Source of the DNA: Cirrosporium novae-zelandiae
Taxonomy: Eukaryota
Length of the DNA stretch: 64,000 nt
Assembly (NCBI GenBank): GCA_026023565.1
Contig: JAPETS010000015.1
Span: 372,001-436,000, forward strand
Reading direction: 5' to 3'
Part shown: positions 40,129-55,711 of the stretch, piece by piece
Layout of the letters: each line of letters begins with the position of its first letter
How positions within the stretch are numbered: position 1 is the first letter of the stretch
Made by a program: the position numbers and the translations under genes
Notes under the pieces: generated by a model
The model's database searches: none
Told to the model about the DNA's origin: nothing
Seen by the model: only the letters and a program-made list of their open reading frames with translations

Positions 40129-42016
40129 TTATCCAAACCCCGCACTAACCTTCTTCCGATATTCCACAAAATCCTTGGGCCCGTTCCCGTTCTTCCCCTC
40201 TAGCATTTCCCTAAACTTCACCTCTTGCCCCCGACTCGCATAAATTACATCCTCTTCCCCGCGCACCGCTTTCTCCGTGACCCCTACATACCGAATACCA
40301 CTCCCCGGTCCCTCGAATTGGGCTTTCTTTAACACCTTCTCCATCTCCGTTCTCAAACCACGCGCCCCAGTCCCGTTTTTCATCGCATTATAGGCGATAG
40401 TGCTAAGGGCACCCTGGGTGAAACGTAGTTCCATGTTTGAGAGGGAGAAGAGATGGGTGAATTGTGCAACCACCGAGTTGCGGGGCTCGGTGAGGATACT
40501 AACGAGGTGGGAATGGCGCAGGGCGTGTAAAGGGGTTGTTACGGGCAGACGGCCGACAAGCTCGGGAATAAGGCCAAATTTTTGGAGATCGGCGGGCGTG
40601 ACGAGGTCTAAGGGGTTGAAAACGTCTGAGTCGTCATCTAATGGAGGTTGGATAGGTTCGGTGATTTTTGAAGAGTGTTCATAAAATTGGATATTAGATG
40701 GTTGTTCTTGTGGTTGGTTTATTGGGCTAGACTCTGCAGGCGCGAGAGCTGGGTAGGGAGCTAGGGAGATTGTTCCATCAGATGGCTTGGAGACGATCGT
40801 ATTTTCAAACCCCATACTCCCTTTGGAGACACGATCCATCACTATTTTGTCGAGTCCTACAAATGCGCCCATTGCGATGAACAGAATATTATCTGTTCGT
40901 ACTCTAAATACATCTCCTTTCTGTATGCCGGTGTTTTCCGTGGTACTGCCGCCTCCGGGCCAGTTGGAAGGAAACTGCGAATTTATACTTGCTGAATGGT
41001 TGTTTGAATTGGGACGCGGGGCCCCACGTTCCTGTTTCGCTGGAATCTGGAGAGTGGTGCCTTCAATAATCTTCAAAAAGGCTTGTTGAACGCCTTCTCC
41101 ACTGACATCTTTTCCATGACTGACTTTTGCCGTAGCAATTTTGTCAGTTTCGTCAAGGCAGATGATGCCTCGTTCGGCCGAAGTGACATCATAGTCCGCA
41201 GCTGCAAGAAGCCTTGCAACACATTCATCCGCATCTGGGCCAATGTATCCAGCCTGAGTAAAGGGTGTTACGTCAACAATGACTATAGGTATATTGAGGA
41301 CTTTAGCTAGAGTATTTGCCATAAGAGTCTTGCCAGTTCCAGATGGCCCAAGCATAAGTATATTGGATTTTTCTAGCAAGAGTTGCGATTCAGGTTGAGA
41401 GGGTGTTAACTTCAACCGGAGGGTGGAGGATGAATGATTTTTAGGGCTACCAGGCGGGTAGTACATGACAGTCGGTGGATCTTTTGATTCATTGTCTTCT
41501 GTTCCATATCAGCATTTGGCCGTTGAGGGTATGTTGATATATACCTTCAAGCTGGGGGTCTTGATGTCCTCTTTCTTTCCTCCATTGCTTAGCTAATAAT
41601 TCCGCTTCAGCTTCCTCCTGGCGTCGTTTATCCTCTATCCGCAAGTGATGATTGTAAATTGCAATACATAAGTCTTTCTTCGCTTTTTCTTGTCCCACCA
41701 CGTATTGGTCCAAATGTCGTTTCAGTGACTTGGGTGTAAACTTGGGTATTCCTATGTCGGAAGTAGCCCCTATGGGACCGCTGACTGGCTTTCCAGCTTC
41801 ATAGACGTTGCTGTAACCCTGACCTGAAAGATCGGATCTGTGATTTGAAGATAAGGATGGGCTTGATGAAAGACTAAGCTTTCTGGATATGGAGTAGAGA
41901 GCGATGTAGGATAGTCGCACGGGTTGAGATACAGCGGGGAATAAGACGGAGAGGTTTGAGGGGAGATTATGATGACGATAGGAAGGCGCAAGTGCTCGAG
42001 GTATCCGGACCTTCAT
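40129..42016 (-). CDS. MCX1: Mitochondrial ClpX-like AAA+ ATPase (Mcx1)
   Basis: [59 protein letters not shown] and TGARGLR. Intron at about 41499-41543. Confidence 0.92.
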
Positions 42017-42355
42017 GTTATGATTTAAATAATGTAAAATCGGAGCCTCTGAAGACGGATAGAACTGAGAATGACGGTTCAATTCCTTGTCAAGAGGTAA
42101 GGAGAAAGCTATAGGAAGCTGGATGGAAGCTGGTTAGATCAGTCATACGCAGTTAGCGGCAGTCATACTCGAGTACACGGACCAAAGCTAAAGGTGCTTT
42201 CCCCCGACGCCCCCGCACTCCGATAACAAATGCTCCAAATTGATTACAATTAGATAACCGATTCAACCAAATCGTCAAGCAAACTAGGTGACTAGACTAG
42301 ATAGTACATTTATCTATAACCTTCTCATCTATTTACCTATCCTTTTCTATTTTAT

Positions 42356-43665
42356 TTAAAATTTAACATCCTTCTGTTCAGCAATCACACTCTTTAGCTT
42401 TCCTTCAGTCACTGCACTTCTTACATTTTCAATCGTCCAAATCTCCATCTTTTTCTGTGTTTCCACGCACCATGTCCCCATATGCGGCAGTAACAGACAC
42501 CGCTCGTTTTTGACCAAACTAGGATGGATCTTAGGTTCTTCCTCGTAGACATCCAGGCCAGCAGACGCAACTTGGCCGCTCTCGAGCGCATTGACGAGTG
42601 CAGCCTCATCGATAACGGCACCTCGCGCGGTATTAACTAGAACAACGCCGGGCTTCATCTTTGCGAACTCGGCAGCACCGATTATATGGCGTGTGTTTGG
42701 ATTTAATGGCAGGTTCAAACTCAAAACATCACTCGTCTTCAATAATTCGTCAAAGCTTACATATTTGGCGCCGCCGCTCAACTCCTCTGACAGCTCCCTT
42801 CGATTATTATATTGCACCTGCATTCCAAATGCCTCCATTTTCTTTTTCATGTTTCGCCCAATACCACCCATTCCTAAAATCCCGAGCACCTTGCCCTCTG
42901 GGTCATGACCGAGGACAGGGGGAGGAGAACCCCGCCATTTTGTCTGGCGGAGCGCAACTAGAGATGGATTAAAGTTGCGGAGGGCACCAAGTATGAGGAA
43001 AACAGCTGTATCAGCGGTAGCATCATCGGCAACTTCGGGGACATTGGAGACGAGGATCTTGTGGGTGGTGCAGGCGGTTGTGTCAATTTGGTCATAACCA
43101 GCACCTGATAAGGATATGAATGAGTAAATAAAGCGGAATTTTTTGTGAGACAGCTAAGAAAAGGTACAAATACGCAGGTTTAACATCAAAGGTAGGAACA
43201 TAGTTCGTGTAATGGGATTATCAGTACATATGTCACAAAACACGCAGTCCTATTCTCTGGAAAAGAAAAGCTCATATAAGAAAGAAAAATTCGGGAAAGC
43301 AGTTTAAATCAATAAAGAAAAGTATTCCATACCACAGTGCGCAATAAATTTGAGAGATTCTGGTAATGCAGTGCACAATTCTTCATCAATCAAGCCAGTC
43401 TGGGCAGCAGACACGAAGGTTCGATAAGCTGCTACAGCACCATCAAACTCTCCACTTTTGCAAGCTTTGATGAATTCATCGCGATTTTTTTGTTGAGGAT
43501 AGATGAGCTCAGCTACATCATCCAGAGAATTCCATTGCTCTTTGGCACTGCAATTGGTAGATTTTAAGTTATGGGAGCTTTGATGATGATGGTGGGGTGA
43601 TGGTAGCTAGCTTACTGGTCTATCTTGCCTAGCAAAAGAACCTTTGGTTTGGCTGAAGTTGCCAT
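42356..43665 (-). CDS. D-isomer-specific 2-hydroxyacid dehydrogenase (glyoxylate/hydroxypyruvate reductase-like)
   Basis: MATSAKPKVLLLG, GAGYDQID, GHDPEGKVLGILGMGGIG, VNTARG, GLDVYEEEP and PHMG. Introns at about 43549-43614 and 43106-43332. Confidence 0.9.
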
Positions 43666-44153
43666 TGTTCGAAAAGGCATGGAAAATTTGGGGGATTCAG
43701 GAGATGGTTTTATGTGAGAATAGTAAGAAGGAATGACCCTCTTTATAAATGTTACACTGCCCCGTTTGAACATGTTTTGAGCTTCCAGATGTTGACGGAG
43801 GGATGAATGGAATTATTTGCCAGTTACAGTTTCCCGATACCGGATAAGGTAGCAGCGGAAGATAAGACCGACTCGGGAGAATGATAGAGGCAAGTGAGAC
43901 GGTCCAAACATCTGCCCCGCTCCTGCCTTAACGCCCACGACACTTGAATCGAATAATAGCTTTCTCAAAATCCCATCACTGCCTCCCATTACAATATGTC
44001 TTGGAGATTGTGGAAACTCTGTCGTTAACATACACGGAATATGCCAGTGGATTGAGCGGGTCCAACAGAAATGGACACATTCACGACAATGTATTAAAAC
44101 TGTCTTTCTGATGACACAATACTCGGACACAAAACCCGAAAATAATCGGATCA

Positions 44154-46380
44154 TTATTCCGTTAATATCCGAGTCCAATCGAATTTCTGCCAACGTTTCC
44201 GAAAACCATCCAACCTCCTATCCCCACCCCTCTCCCAGCGACCCTGCCTCTTGATCACATCAGGCTCCGCATCTAACATGCCGCCGATAATCTCTCGAGC
44301 AAACAGGTCCCCCTTAGGCCACCGGTTAGAATCTTCAACCACATGACCTAATCCTCCGTCCAGCTCAAACCATACATGGAAATAAGGCATCTCCTTAACC
44401 AATGTTCGACGAAAGGCTAATTTACCTAAGCCATCTCTTGACCGAGCAAGTGTGTCGTAGATTTTTTTGTGCTGTGTCCATTCATCATCCGCAGAAAGAA
44501 TGGCTTCTTTAAAGAAGGCGGGCGAAGTTTCTGCTAGGGCAGTAGGAAGGGGAACGACTACCATTACCGCATGTCGATGGCGATTTGGCTGTGCCGCATT
44601 TTCGTAGAAGATGACATCTCGGTCCTGATCGTGATACATACGGGTAAGACACTTCATGAAGTTCTAAGACAGCGTTAGTACCATGTTACTTGCTTGATGA
44701 TGATGAAGTTTCTTACTCTAATTTCCTCCCATTCGTCGTCATCACACTCAAGAAGATTGTTTCTATGCTGGATAGGAACGATACAGGCGCCGCCTTTACT
44801 TAGCTCAGGCTCTGTAGGCAGCGTCAAGTATACTCTTGTAGCCAACGAAGCAATCGGCGCAACTGGCGGTTGGTTGGTATCGTCATGGTAGCATAAGGGA
44901 CATGTATCCAGGATACGGTTGATCTTCTGAAAATCGGATATAGCTATATTCTTCAGGTTGATCTCTGATCTTTGCACTCGTTTGGCAAGCTTTGAGGCAT
45001 TCTCATCTAGGTAGTCGAGGTGATCCTGGGAATATGTTAGTGGGTTATCTTTGAATACATAGTAAAAAAGCGTGGTGAGGAACATACATCGAATTTGGCG
45101 TCTTTAGCAATTCGTTCCGCGAAATGCACTCCTTCACCCCCTCTCTGGCCCCTCGTCCTACGCTCTTCTCTGACCATATCGTCTACGCTCATGTCTTCAT
45201 TCTCCTCTACCAGACCTCTTTCTCGACCCCTCGTTGTATTAACAGCTTTCACCTCACCTCTACCACCAGCAAGCATCCTATTTTCCATAGCTCCAAGCAC
45301 AACGACACCAGGCTCTTCAGAGTTACCGAATTTAGCCACTGCTTCATTATACTCTGTCTCTAGCTTGCCGGCATCCTTAGATTTTCGTAATTTTGCTTTC
45401 ATCATCTGTGCCTTCATTCGATTAAGTGTAGTTTGGTCTAGAGTGACTGTCCTTGCTGGAGGACGTTTGGTTTCCATAATTTTGCCCTGATAACGAGTCT
45501 CTTCATCTTCAATGATTTCTTTAGAAGATTCGGAAGTTCCTTTGATATCACTATTGAACTTTCTTTCCTGGAATAACTCCCCACTGGGCTTTTCTTTCCC
45601 AACATATCCTTTTCCGTAAGTTTCACGCCTATCGAGCTCAATCTCCTCCTCCCTAGCATTATCGAAATCTCGGAGATCTCCATATCTTTCTAGTGCAATT
45701 TCATCCACAGATTTCCCCGTCTCCTTAGCCTGCCGGTAGACCGCTTTGAGTTTCATCATACGCCACTGTGCTCCAGCATCCCCAAAGATATAATTCAAAG
45801 TATGTTCCACAGGTTCGTCTGAAACTTTTCCACCATCATCACTCTCTTGTAAATCATGTAGATGCCGATTCAACTCATTCTTGTGTAGTTTACTAGCAAA
45901 CTCATCATGTAAAGACGTAGATGATCGCCTTGGGGCTGGTTGGGGTTTATTCCTCTGAATATAGTCAATGTCAATTGAATTGGGAGCTTCCATCCATGAG
46001 TCTCGCTTCAAAGCCGCAGGCTGTTCAGATCCCATTAGCTTATTAGATGTGGCTGCTATTACAGGCGAAGCATCTTTTTCTACCCATTCATCCTCCTCTC
46101 CCTCCGGTGGTTCAAGGCATCCATCGTCGTTTCCTTTCTGCCTCCTCTTAGGTCGTCTTTCGTCGTCCTCCTCATCGCGTGAGTTATGCGATCTTTTATA
46201 GCGATGTCGATTTTCGTGTTCTCGGTCTTTATGTGTTGACCTATGGTGATGGTGATGGCGATGGCGCCTATGTTCTCGATGTTCGCGTTTGTCTTTTTCT
46301 TTCTCCGACCCATCTAAACTTTTTGATATGCTTCCCTCCTGACTTTCCTCTAAAGATTTCTCGAAATCTTCGAGCGCCAT
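44154..46380 (-). CDS. CWF19: CwfJ-domain splicing factor, Cwf19/CWF19L2-like
   Basis: MALEDFEKSL, LKRDSWM, GDAGAQWRMMKLK, CPLC, IVPIQHR, DEWEEIR and MPYFHVWF. Introns at about 45026-45087 and 44666-44715. Confidence 0.88.
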
Positions 46381-46918
46381 TTTAAATTCTGGTTGGTAAT
46401 TTGAGGTTGGTTGAGGTTGGTTTTGGACACGGGACGGAGCTTTCTTCAAGCGAGTCGGCGAAATTTCATCATAGACGCCATTTTACTTCGCGTTACTTCA
46501 ATGTCAATCAGTCAAATCCATTATCCATTACTTCCTAACTTCAGAAGTCCAGTCCAATACATTCCCCGATAAAAATCTCGATAGCTCAGTCCTAACAGGG
46601 CTTCGTTCCTTCGAATTTAACTGCCCAGAACTGCCCTACAACAAAACTCACAAAAATATTTTCAGTGGCATCAGAACACCCCCACCACTTTCCTACGACA
46701 CACAAATTCAGATCATCAACTAAGGCCTTGACGCCTGTCTTAAAGGATCAAGTCAAGTTTCAGCGTGCAGTCTTTAAGATCCCTAGTACCTTGAACGTTG
46801 TATCTTGTTGGTCGGGTCTTGCGACACTCCTCGAATCCTCGAACCATATTAAATAGCCAAACAAAAACTGCTCTACATCTATCTTAAAACTGCCTGACGG
46901 TGAGAGACATAAGTTGAA

Positions 46919-48235
46919 ATGGCGGAATCAGCGTCAGCAGCTACCCCTGGTAAATCGCCTGTCGCCATTGTATGTGTTGGGATGGCAGGTATATCCAACC
47001 CTCCCCCGCAGCCGTAAATTGTCATCGCATTTACTAATAATTTTCCAGGATCTGGAAAGACTACGTTCATGCAAAGAATCAATTCACATCTACACTCAAA
47101 TAAGACCCCTCCATACGTGATCAACCTAGATCCCGCCGTGCGCCAAGTACCATTTGAGTCCAACATCGATATTCGAGAGACTATCAACTACAAAGAAGTA
47201 ATGAAACAGTACAACCTTGGTCCAAACGGTGGCATTCTTACATCCCTCAATCTGTTTTCTACGAAAGTAGATCAAATACTCGGCCTCCTCGAAAAACGCA
47301 CAAAACCTCAACCCGACACTCCCAACGCAAAACCCATACAAAACATATTGGTAGACACTCCTGGACAGATTGAAGTTTTCGTCTGGTCTGCCTCTGGAAC
47401 AATTTTGCTTGATTCCCTTGCCTCTACATACCCGACCGTAATTGCCTACATAATTGATACACCACGCACCTCCTCCACCTCTACATTTATGTCGAATATG
47501 TTGTACGCATGCTCAATTCTATACAAAACTAAACTACCCATGATACTCGTATTTAATAAAACTGACGTCAAGGACGCTGCTTTTGCAAAAGAGTGGATGA
47601 CGGACTTCGAGGCCTTCCAAGATGCCCTTCACCAGGAGGAGGAGAATGGGTCCTTCGGTGGGCTGGAAGGAGGTGCAGGTATTGGGGGTAGCGGATACAT
47701 GGGATCACTACTTAACTCCATGAGCCTGGTCCTCGAGGAGTTCTACTCTCATCTGAGCGTCGTTGGCGTTTCTTCAATGACTGGACAGGGTGTCAATGAG
47801 TTTTTCGAGGCCGTTGATAAAAAGGCAGAGGAGTTCGGACGGGACTACAAACCCGAGTTGGAAAAAAGACGAAAACAGAGGGAGAAGCAGAAAGCAGAAG
47901 AGAAGGAGAAGGAGTTGGGCAAGCTGATGAAGGATGTGAACATTTCTGGCTCCTTGCTCTCTGCTTCTACTTCTGCTGGCTCTCCTGACCCCTCCATACC
48001 AGTGGGTCGAAGTTTCGAGACATTAAGTGACATAGAGGATGATGATAGTCAAGGTGGTGAGATACTAGAACCTGACGAATACGAGAACAGAGACGATGAT
48101 GACGACGGGGAAGAAGGAAACTTGGGCCTCACACAAAGATATAACGCGGCCATGGACGCGGACCTAGAAAAAAAGGGATTCAAAGGTGACGACAACAGCT
48201 TCGCCCGCTATCTCAATGCCAGCAATATTGGCTGA
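46919..48235 (+). CDS. NPA3: GPN-loop GTPase 1 (Npa3/XAB1)
   Basis: The P-loop VGMAG/SGKT is split by intron 46989-47048. Also [20 protein letters not shown] and DTPGQIEVF. Confidence 0.94.
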
Positions 48236-48699
48236 GTGAAGTCTTAAAAAGACAATCGCGCACATATACATGGAGTTACGAGAATGCTTTTACGATTGAT
48301 TGATTGAATGTGGATTTGTGCGAGATACTGTAGATAGAAGTGATACCCATAAAAATAAAGCTTATTATAAAAACCAGGCCCACTAATTAGCATAACCAAC
48401 GACAGTACCAATAATAAGAATAATAAAAACCGTTCATTAGAAAGAAAGGTCCATTAGTATCTAGTTGTTTATTTAGTTATAAAGCAGGAAACCCCAATCT
48501 TAATAATTAGTTACAATCAATCAGCCCTGCAGCCACACGCCCAGACCACCCGTTCCTCCTCACTCCACCCACCAAGCTCTCCTCCGTGCCTCCCGCCGAC
48601 CTCACTACCAAACTACGCTACCCTCTCTCTCTTATCACCCCTCTCATCCTCATCCAAAAGACAAAAAAAAAAAAAAACCAACCAACCAATCCCCCCAAA

Positions 48700-48980
48700 A
48701 TGGCTCCCCCAATCCATCCCCTCCGTTACAAATACATAATATCCAAGTACGCCATCCATCTTCTTCCCCTTCCCTCAACTTTTTATTTTCGATCCAAACT
48801 AACTATGTACATATGCATGCATATAGATACGCAGATCCAGTTTTCGCAATCATAATTGGGGCCTCAGCGTCCTGGACGCGCATCCGACGTGAAGAGAAGG
48901 AGCGGGGATTCAGCGTGGATGATACCCTAGTGAGGTTGAGACGGCGGGTTAGAAAGTACGTTCTTAGGGAGGCAAAATGA
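48700..48980 (+). CDS. NCE101: Non-classical export protein Nce101-like microprotein (66 aa, 2 exons)
   Basis: MAPPIHPLRYKYIISK, intron 48747-48826 (GTACGC...ACTAAC...TAG), then YADPVFAIIIGASASWTRIRREEKERG...REAK and TGA. Not shown intact in the ORF track. Confidence 0.75.
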
Positions 48981-49762
48981 ACATGAACATGAATTTGGGA
49001 GAAGGAAGGGTGTATTATATGAATGGAAATTTGGGGTTGCGAGGTGATATTGGGTTATGGGTCCTATCCTGCCCCGCGCTGGGACGATTGCGATGCGTAT
49101 GTCTAGGGATGGAAGGAAGTAAGGAAGAGCTGTGGATAAAAGAGATTGAGAATGGAAGAGGGGGGGTAGCCTGCTTGTTGATTGAGGATTAGGAGCAGGA
49201 GCGTGGGAGCTTTGGTGGTGATGAGCAACCCTTGTGGCAGGTGAGATATTGAATTGGAAAAAAATCTATGATTGGCTGAACGTCAAATAAGCTATCACAA
49301 AGCTGCTATTTTGGAAGGGCATATATGCTACAGTGATCACCAGTTAGTGTTAGGAGACTACCGAGAAAAACAGGGTGGTGATAAAAAATCGGTATTCTGG
49401 ACTCCAATAGTCGAAGATTCGGGGAGTGTTCAAGATAGGTGACTAAATAGGACACAAATGCAAATAGGAGTCTACATTCAATCTAATTGAATTCGTATCC
49501 ACTATCCTATCATTATAGCCATTCTCGGGCGAACTTCCACCCATATTATGGTCATAGTCCAAGTTTTAATACAACAACATATACAATAATCACCGTGGGT
49601 TCTTCTAAAGCCCTCCTTAAACCCGCATTCCGCATGGTACACCCTCTTAATCAATGATCCCACAAATGAATATCCCGAGACTCCAGATCCCAAAACCTTT
49701 TGGTCAGTTAAAATAGTATTAATTATCGGATTCAACTGGAAAAGTACGGTAATGCATATTCA

Positions 49763-50681
49763 TTATGACTGAACAACTCCCTCTTGCCCCTGCTGGGATT
49801 CCGGTTTGGGCATACTTCCTAACTCCTGTCCCCCACTCATTCCTCTTTTTCTCCCAGGCAAATGGAATGTATGATGGCTAGAATTAGGCCTGGAATTATC
49901 ATGAGATGGCGTTTCGGATGTAACTGAGTCTCCAAATCTGGCAAAGATACTCCGTTTTTTTGGTTTTGCGTCATCATTCAAACCAACGTCTTCGAAGGTA
50001 TCTTCATCGGTAGGGGCCGGTCTTTGGAACCGGCTAGTTCCATTGAAAGCAGAACGCGGGAGGCGGTTTTGACGAGAATCTAGACTTGAGCGAGGGGGTG
50101 TAGGTTCCGCGGGAAGGACCGGAGAACGTGCAGATATGTCCTGTTACGGGGAGCGATTAGTGGAGTAAGATGGGTAATTGAAGGTGTGGAAACGTACGAA
50201 TGATCTGCGATAAGATTCAAAGGACTCTCGGGAAATCGAGAAGGGCTCATTCTCGTTCAGGAGACTGCGGTGGTTGGAGGATGTGGTTGAATTGTTTGAA
50301 CGGTGCCAAAAGGAACGTTTTTCGGGTGGTGAAGGCTATGGGGTGCCATTACATTAGTAGAGTTCCAAACCAAATATGCTACGTAGGGAACAACTCACTG
50401 GTAAAAAGACTCCACTATCGTTCACGACTTGAAAGCCAAGTTAGCGTGGTGGGTAAAGACCTTGTAATTGAACACTGTGCAATCTCACTGCCAAGTTTAT
50501 ATTCATTGGGCTGTTCTTTGTTACGTGGGATATTTAAACCAGCCGACGATCGCGAATCATGTGTATCAACCTTCTCGAAGCCATCCTCGGGGCTTTGAGG
50601 TGGTCGAGCGTTCTCATCAGACGTGGGGTTGTCAAGGGTGTTGGGTCTTTTGCTTGTGAATGGAATGCGGAATGGAGGCAT
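49763..50681 (-). CDS. Hypothetical protein, multi-exon
   Basis: MPPFRIPF, EYKL, SGVFLP/PSPPEKRSFW, NEPFSISRESFESYRRSF/DISARSP and FEDVGLNDDAKPKKRSIFARFGD, joined by about 3 canonical introns. Confidence 0.75.
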
Positions 50682-50935
50682 TTTGTTGAAGTTGTATGTG
50701 ATTTAAACTCGTATGTCGTATGTCGTAGGTGCAATCGGAATGGCTCATGAACAATGATGGCTATAAAAGTCTGTGGGTTCTCTTGTGATAGGACTGGACT
50801 GTTTGGGCACTGCCAGAAAGCTAGAAGGATGTGCTTTGGTAGAGAGTACTTGGGTAGTCTTCCAGCAATGGTGGATAGTGATGGGCACCAAGCGTCCTTT
50901 CCCACTCGGATCCAACTTGGTCCGGGAGGCTTAGA

Positions 50936-50967
50936 TGGATTGGATTGGATTGGATTGGATTGGATTG
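50936..50967. repeat. (TGGAT)6 pentanucleotide microsatellite
   Basis: Six tandem TGGAT units upstream of the 49763-50681 gene. Confidence 0.9.
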
Positions 50968-52566
50968 AAATGGCTGGATAACACGGATGGGTGCTTGCAT
51001 GAAGGAGACGCTCTCGGATTAACTATTATTGCCATTAATTAATAGATAAATATCATTTTCGCCTTCGTTTCCGTCAAGAAACAAACTTTTATTTTGAATC
51101 TCATCTCATCGTCTCTGAGCCTCTTCCCGATGCTACCGATCTATATACTTAGTACTTGTTGTATACGACCAATAATAATGGCATTGTTCCTGTATTATTG
51201 TTCTTGGCCATTTTAAGAGACAGGGGTTAATATCTTTAAGAGATATATAACGATAACCATGGCCCATTCATAGAATCAGGTTGAAACATGATCTTATACC
51301 GCCTTTCATTACCTCATTATTTCATTATCTACGCAAATACCAAGGCGATAATGAAATTCCACCGGAGAAATATGCTTCCGATAATGAATGATGACCAAAT
51401 GACTTTCCCCATACATATCAGAAACTCCACATCCTTGATTTAGATATAATAATGAAGCATAATTACCTCTATTACTTTATTTATTTCCTATCTAGATTTA
51501 TATCCACCAAATCTCGACCAGGACAAATCTATGCTATTGACTCCCACCACCTCGTGCCATTAATGATCTGAGGATTCTCCCTCAATTTCCCCCCATCACC
51601 ATGAAATGTGGAGTCAAGACAAAGTATCGCAGGAGCCTATAATACTTGTTCGTAAAGAAAACGTAGATATTAGCATCAGCTCTAATCAAGCCAAACGCTT
51701 TAGGGTTCTGCTGATAGGAGGGATCATATGGTATTGGTCTCAAATGGTTTCCAATGGTCGAAACGTAAACTAGCCAAGGGCACTTGGAGAATATGAACTT
51801 GAGGAGTATGAAGATCAGATGCAGCCTAAAGTATTATATCAGAGCCATTGATGCTAGTTAATCCGAGCGATGGTATGTATCAATATTTTCAATTTAGGCC
51901 AACTCATACCTTCAAGTACTACTACTTAGAGATTTAGATTGTTGTAACATCTAAAAAAAAACTCTACGTAGACTTCATGATAATGATCCTTAATGCAATT
52001 CCTTTAAAGTGCAAGCCAAAGGCCATATTGATCAAGAGAATAATAGAAAATATAATTATACGAGTTAACATAATAGATATAGATAGGGTTACCAGGAGTA
52101 TACCCACTTCACTTGGTAGTCGACCGACACCCAAACTGGGGGGTATTCCAGATCTCAGCTAAGAAAAATAGGGAATGTCTAGACTATCCTAACATCAGAC
52201 AAATTTGAATGCATTGCCATCATTTAGGCAGGATAGATCTTATAATACATAATAAATTCCATCACTCACAACTCTAATATGCAATGAGGCATTAAGTACA
52301 CAGTAAAGTCAGAAAAAATTGAAGGAGGGAGAAAAGGTCTTGTGTTCTGTTAGGGTGTACAAATTATTATTATTACGCACATTTCGGCGCTGCGGCGCCT
52401 GGTTTAGTCTAAGCTCATCATAGCCGGTTTAATCCGTTGATTGGCCCAACTTCAAATGCGAAGCGGCTTGAAGCTTTCTTTCCCTCCTCTCAACCTCAAC
52501 TCTTCTGTTTTCATCATCACTAGAACTCCCCACTCCTTACTTGCCGGGTCTTAAGCATCGGTGACA

Positions 52567-54589
<2,023 letters not shown>

Positions 54590-55693
54590 ACTAGTCCCTT
54601 TCTTCCTACTAGTTGTACAGAGGCAAGGGAAAAGACTCTGAGCGTTTATTAAAGCTTGTAAAGAAAACTAAGACATTTCACCTTGCATTTCCTGTTGTTT
54701 TGATGTTTATTTGCCCTGTACGGTAGATGAAAAAGAAGAGTTGAAATAAATTCTGCGTAATCATTAAGCTGGCATACGGTATCTAATAATTATTTTATAG
54801 CCATTTCCGGCTTTAGAGAAAGAAAAGAGGCAACCATTACAGTACGGTTATAGAGGAATTCTCAAGGCCAATTGATGGATTTAGATAAAATTCTCTCAAT
54901 CACTTTATCAAAGGCAGTGCAGTGGAATTTAATCAAAACTAAAAGTCAGAACAATGGTATTCATGGGACAAGGAATAAGATACAGCTTAGTCATCCAAAT
55001 ATACCAATAGCTCATATCTTCGTGTAAATATGGTATTGCTTTCTTTACAACTTCAATATTCCCTGTTCAGACTGCTCGAACTCGACTCTAGCCTTCCCCC
55101 CAGAACGCGACGCGACTTTACCAATAATATCTGTATAATACTAGTTGGTATATCTCAAATATTCTAAAAATCATCAAACCTCATTTTGTGTTATTTGAGA
55201 ATTCATATCAGCCAACAAATTGAACGCATTAAACAATCCAACACCTACACCTACACTGCTTCGTGAATTATTTTGCGCATCACCCAGAAGCTATTCAAGC
55301 GATCTAAACATTGTTGTTAAAAGCCAAATTAGATCACTACAAGCGAATTCCACAAGTCCTAATAGCACACCAAACAGATTAACTCAAGCGCTTCCCAAGA
55401 CTTTAGAAGAAGAAAAAACTTGAATTGCATATTGCTTCAATTAACTCGTTGGCTTGATAATACTGTTCTTCTCTCATTCTTTACCTTGTTCATCTGGAGG
55501 CGAACTACTTGACAGCCAACGATTAAAGCAGAACATTTACCTCTTTGGTGTTATTCCCCGACTACTGCTGCACGTTTATTTGAGAGGTCTGGGATTTTCT
55601 ACATTGGATTTATTACTTATCCAGATTGGCCTTTCCAGTAGAACTTCCCGACGCGTCTAGCGTGATCAGGTGGCTTCAAGATTTATAGTCTTC

Positions 55694-55711
55694 ATGGGAA
55701 CACCATTATAA
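55694..55711 (+). promoter_or_regulatory. Five-codon uORF (MGTPL) whose TAA overlaps the HDAC ATG
   Basis: ATG GGA ACA CCA TTA TAA, with the last A (55711) being the A of the HDAC ATG. Confidence 0.5.

Noticed and set aside
31359..43665. SDR plus 2-hydroxyacid dehydrogenase as a sugar-acid catabolic cluster
   Set aside because: They are 10 kb apart, separated by unrelated genes, with no transporter, kinase or aldolase nearby.
46738..46780. TCTTAAAG/CTTTAAGA inverted repeat between CWF19 and NPA3
   Set aside because: Only 8 bp, with no target-site duplication or other supporting structure; expected by chance.
50936..50967. Telomere-like or CRISPR-like repeat
   Set aside because: A simple pentanucleotide microsatellite: not TTAGGG, no spacers, and in a eukaryotic context.
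51161..51175. ATACGACCA resembling the 5' end of a dispersed 5S rRNA gene
   Set aside because: The similarity stops after 9 nt; no 5S internal boxes or 3' stem follow.
51385..51480. ATGATGA C-box as the start of a C/D snoRNA
   Set aside because: No CTGA D-box or terminal stem at a plausible distance.
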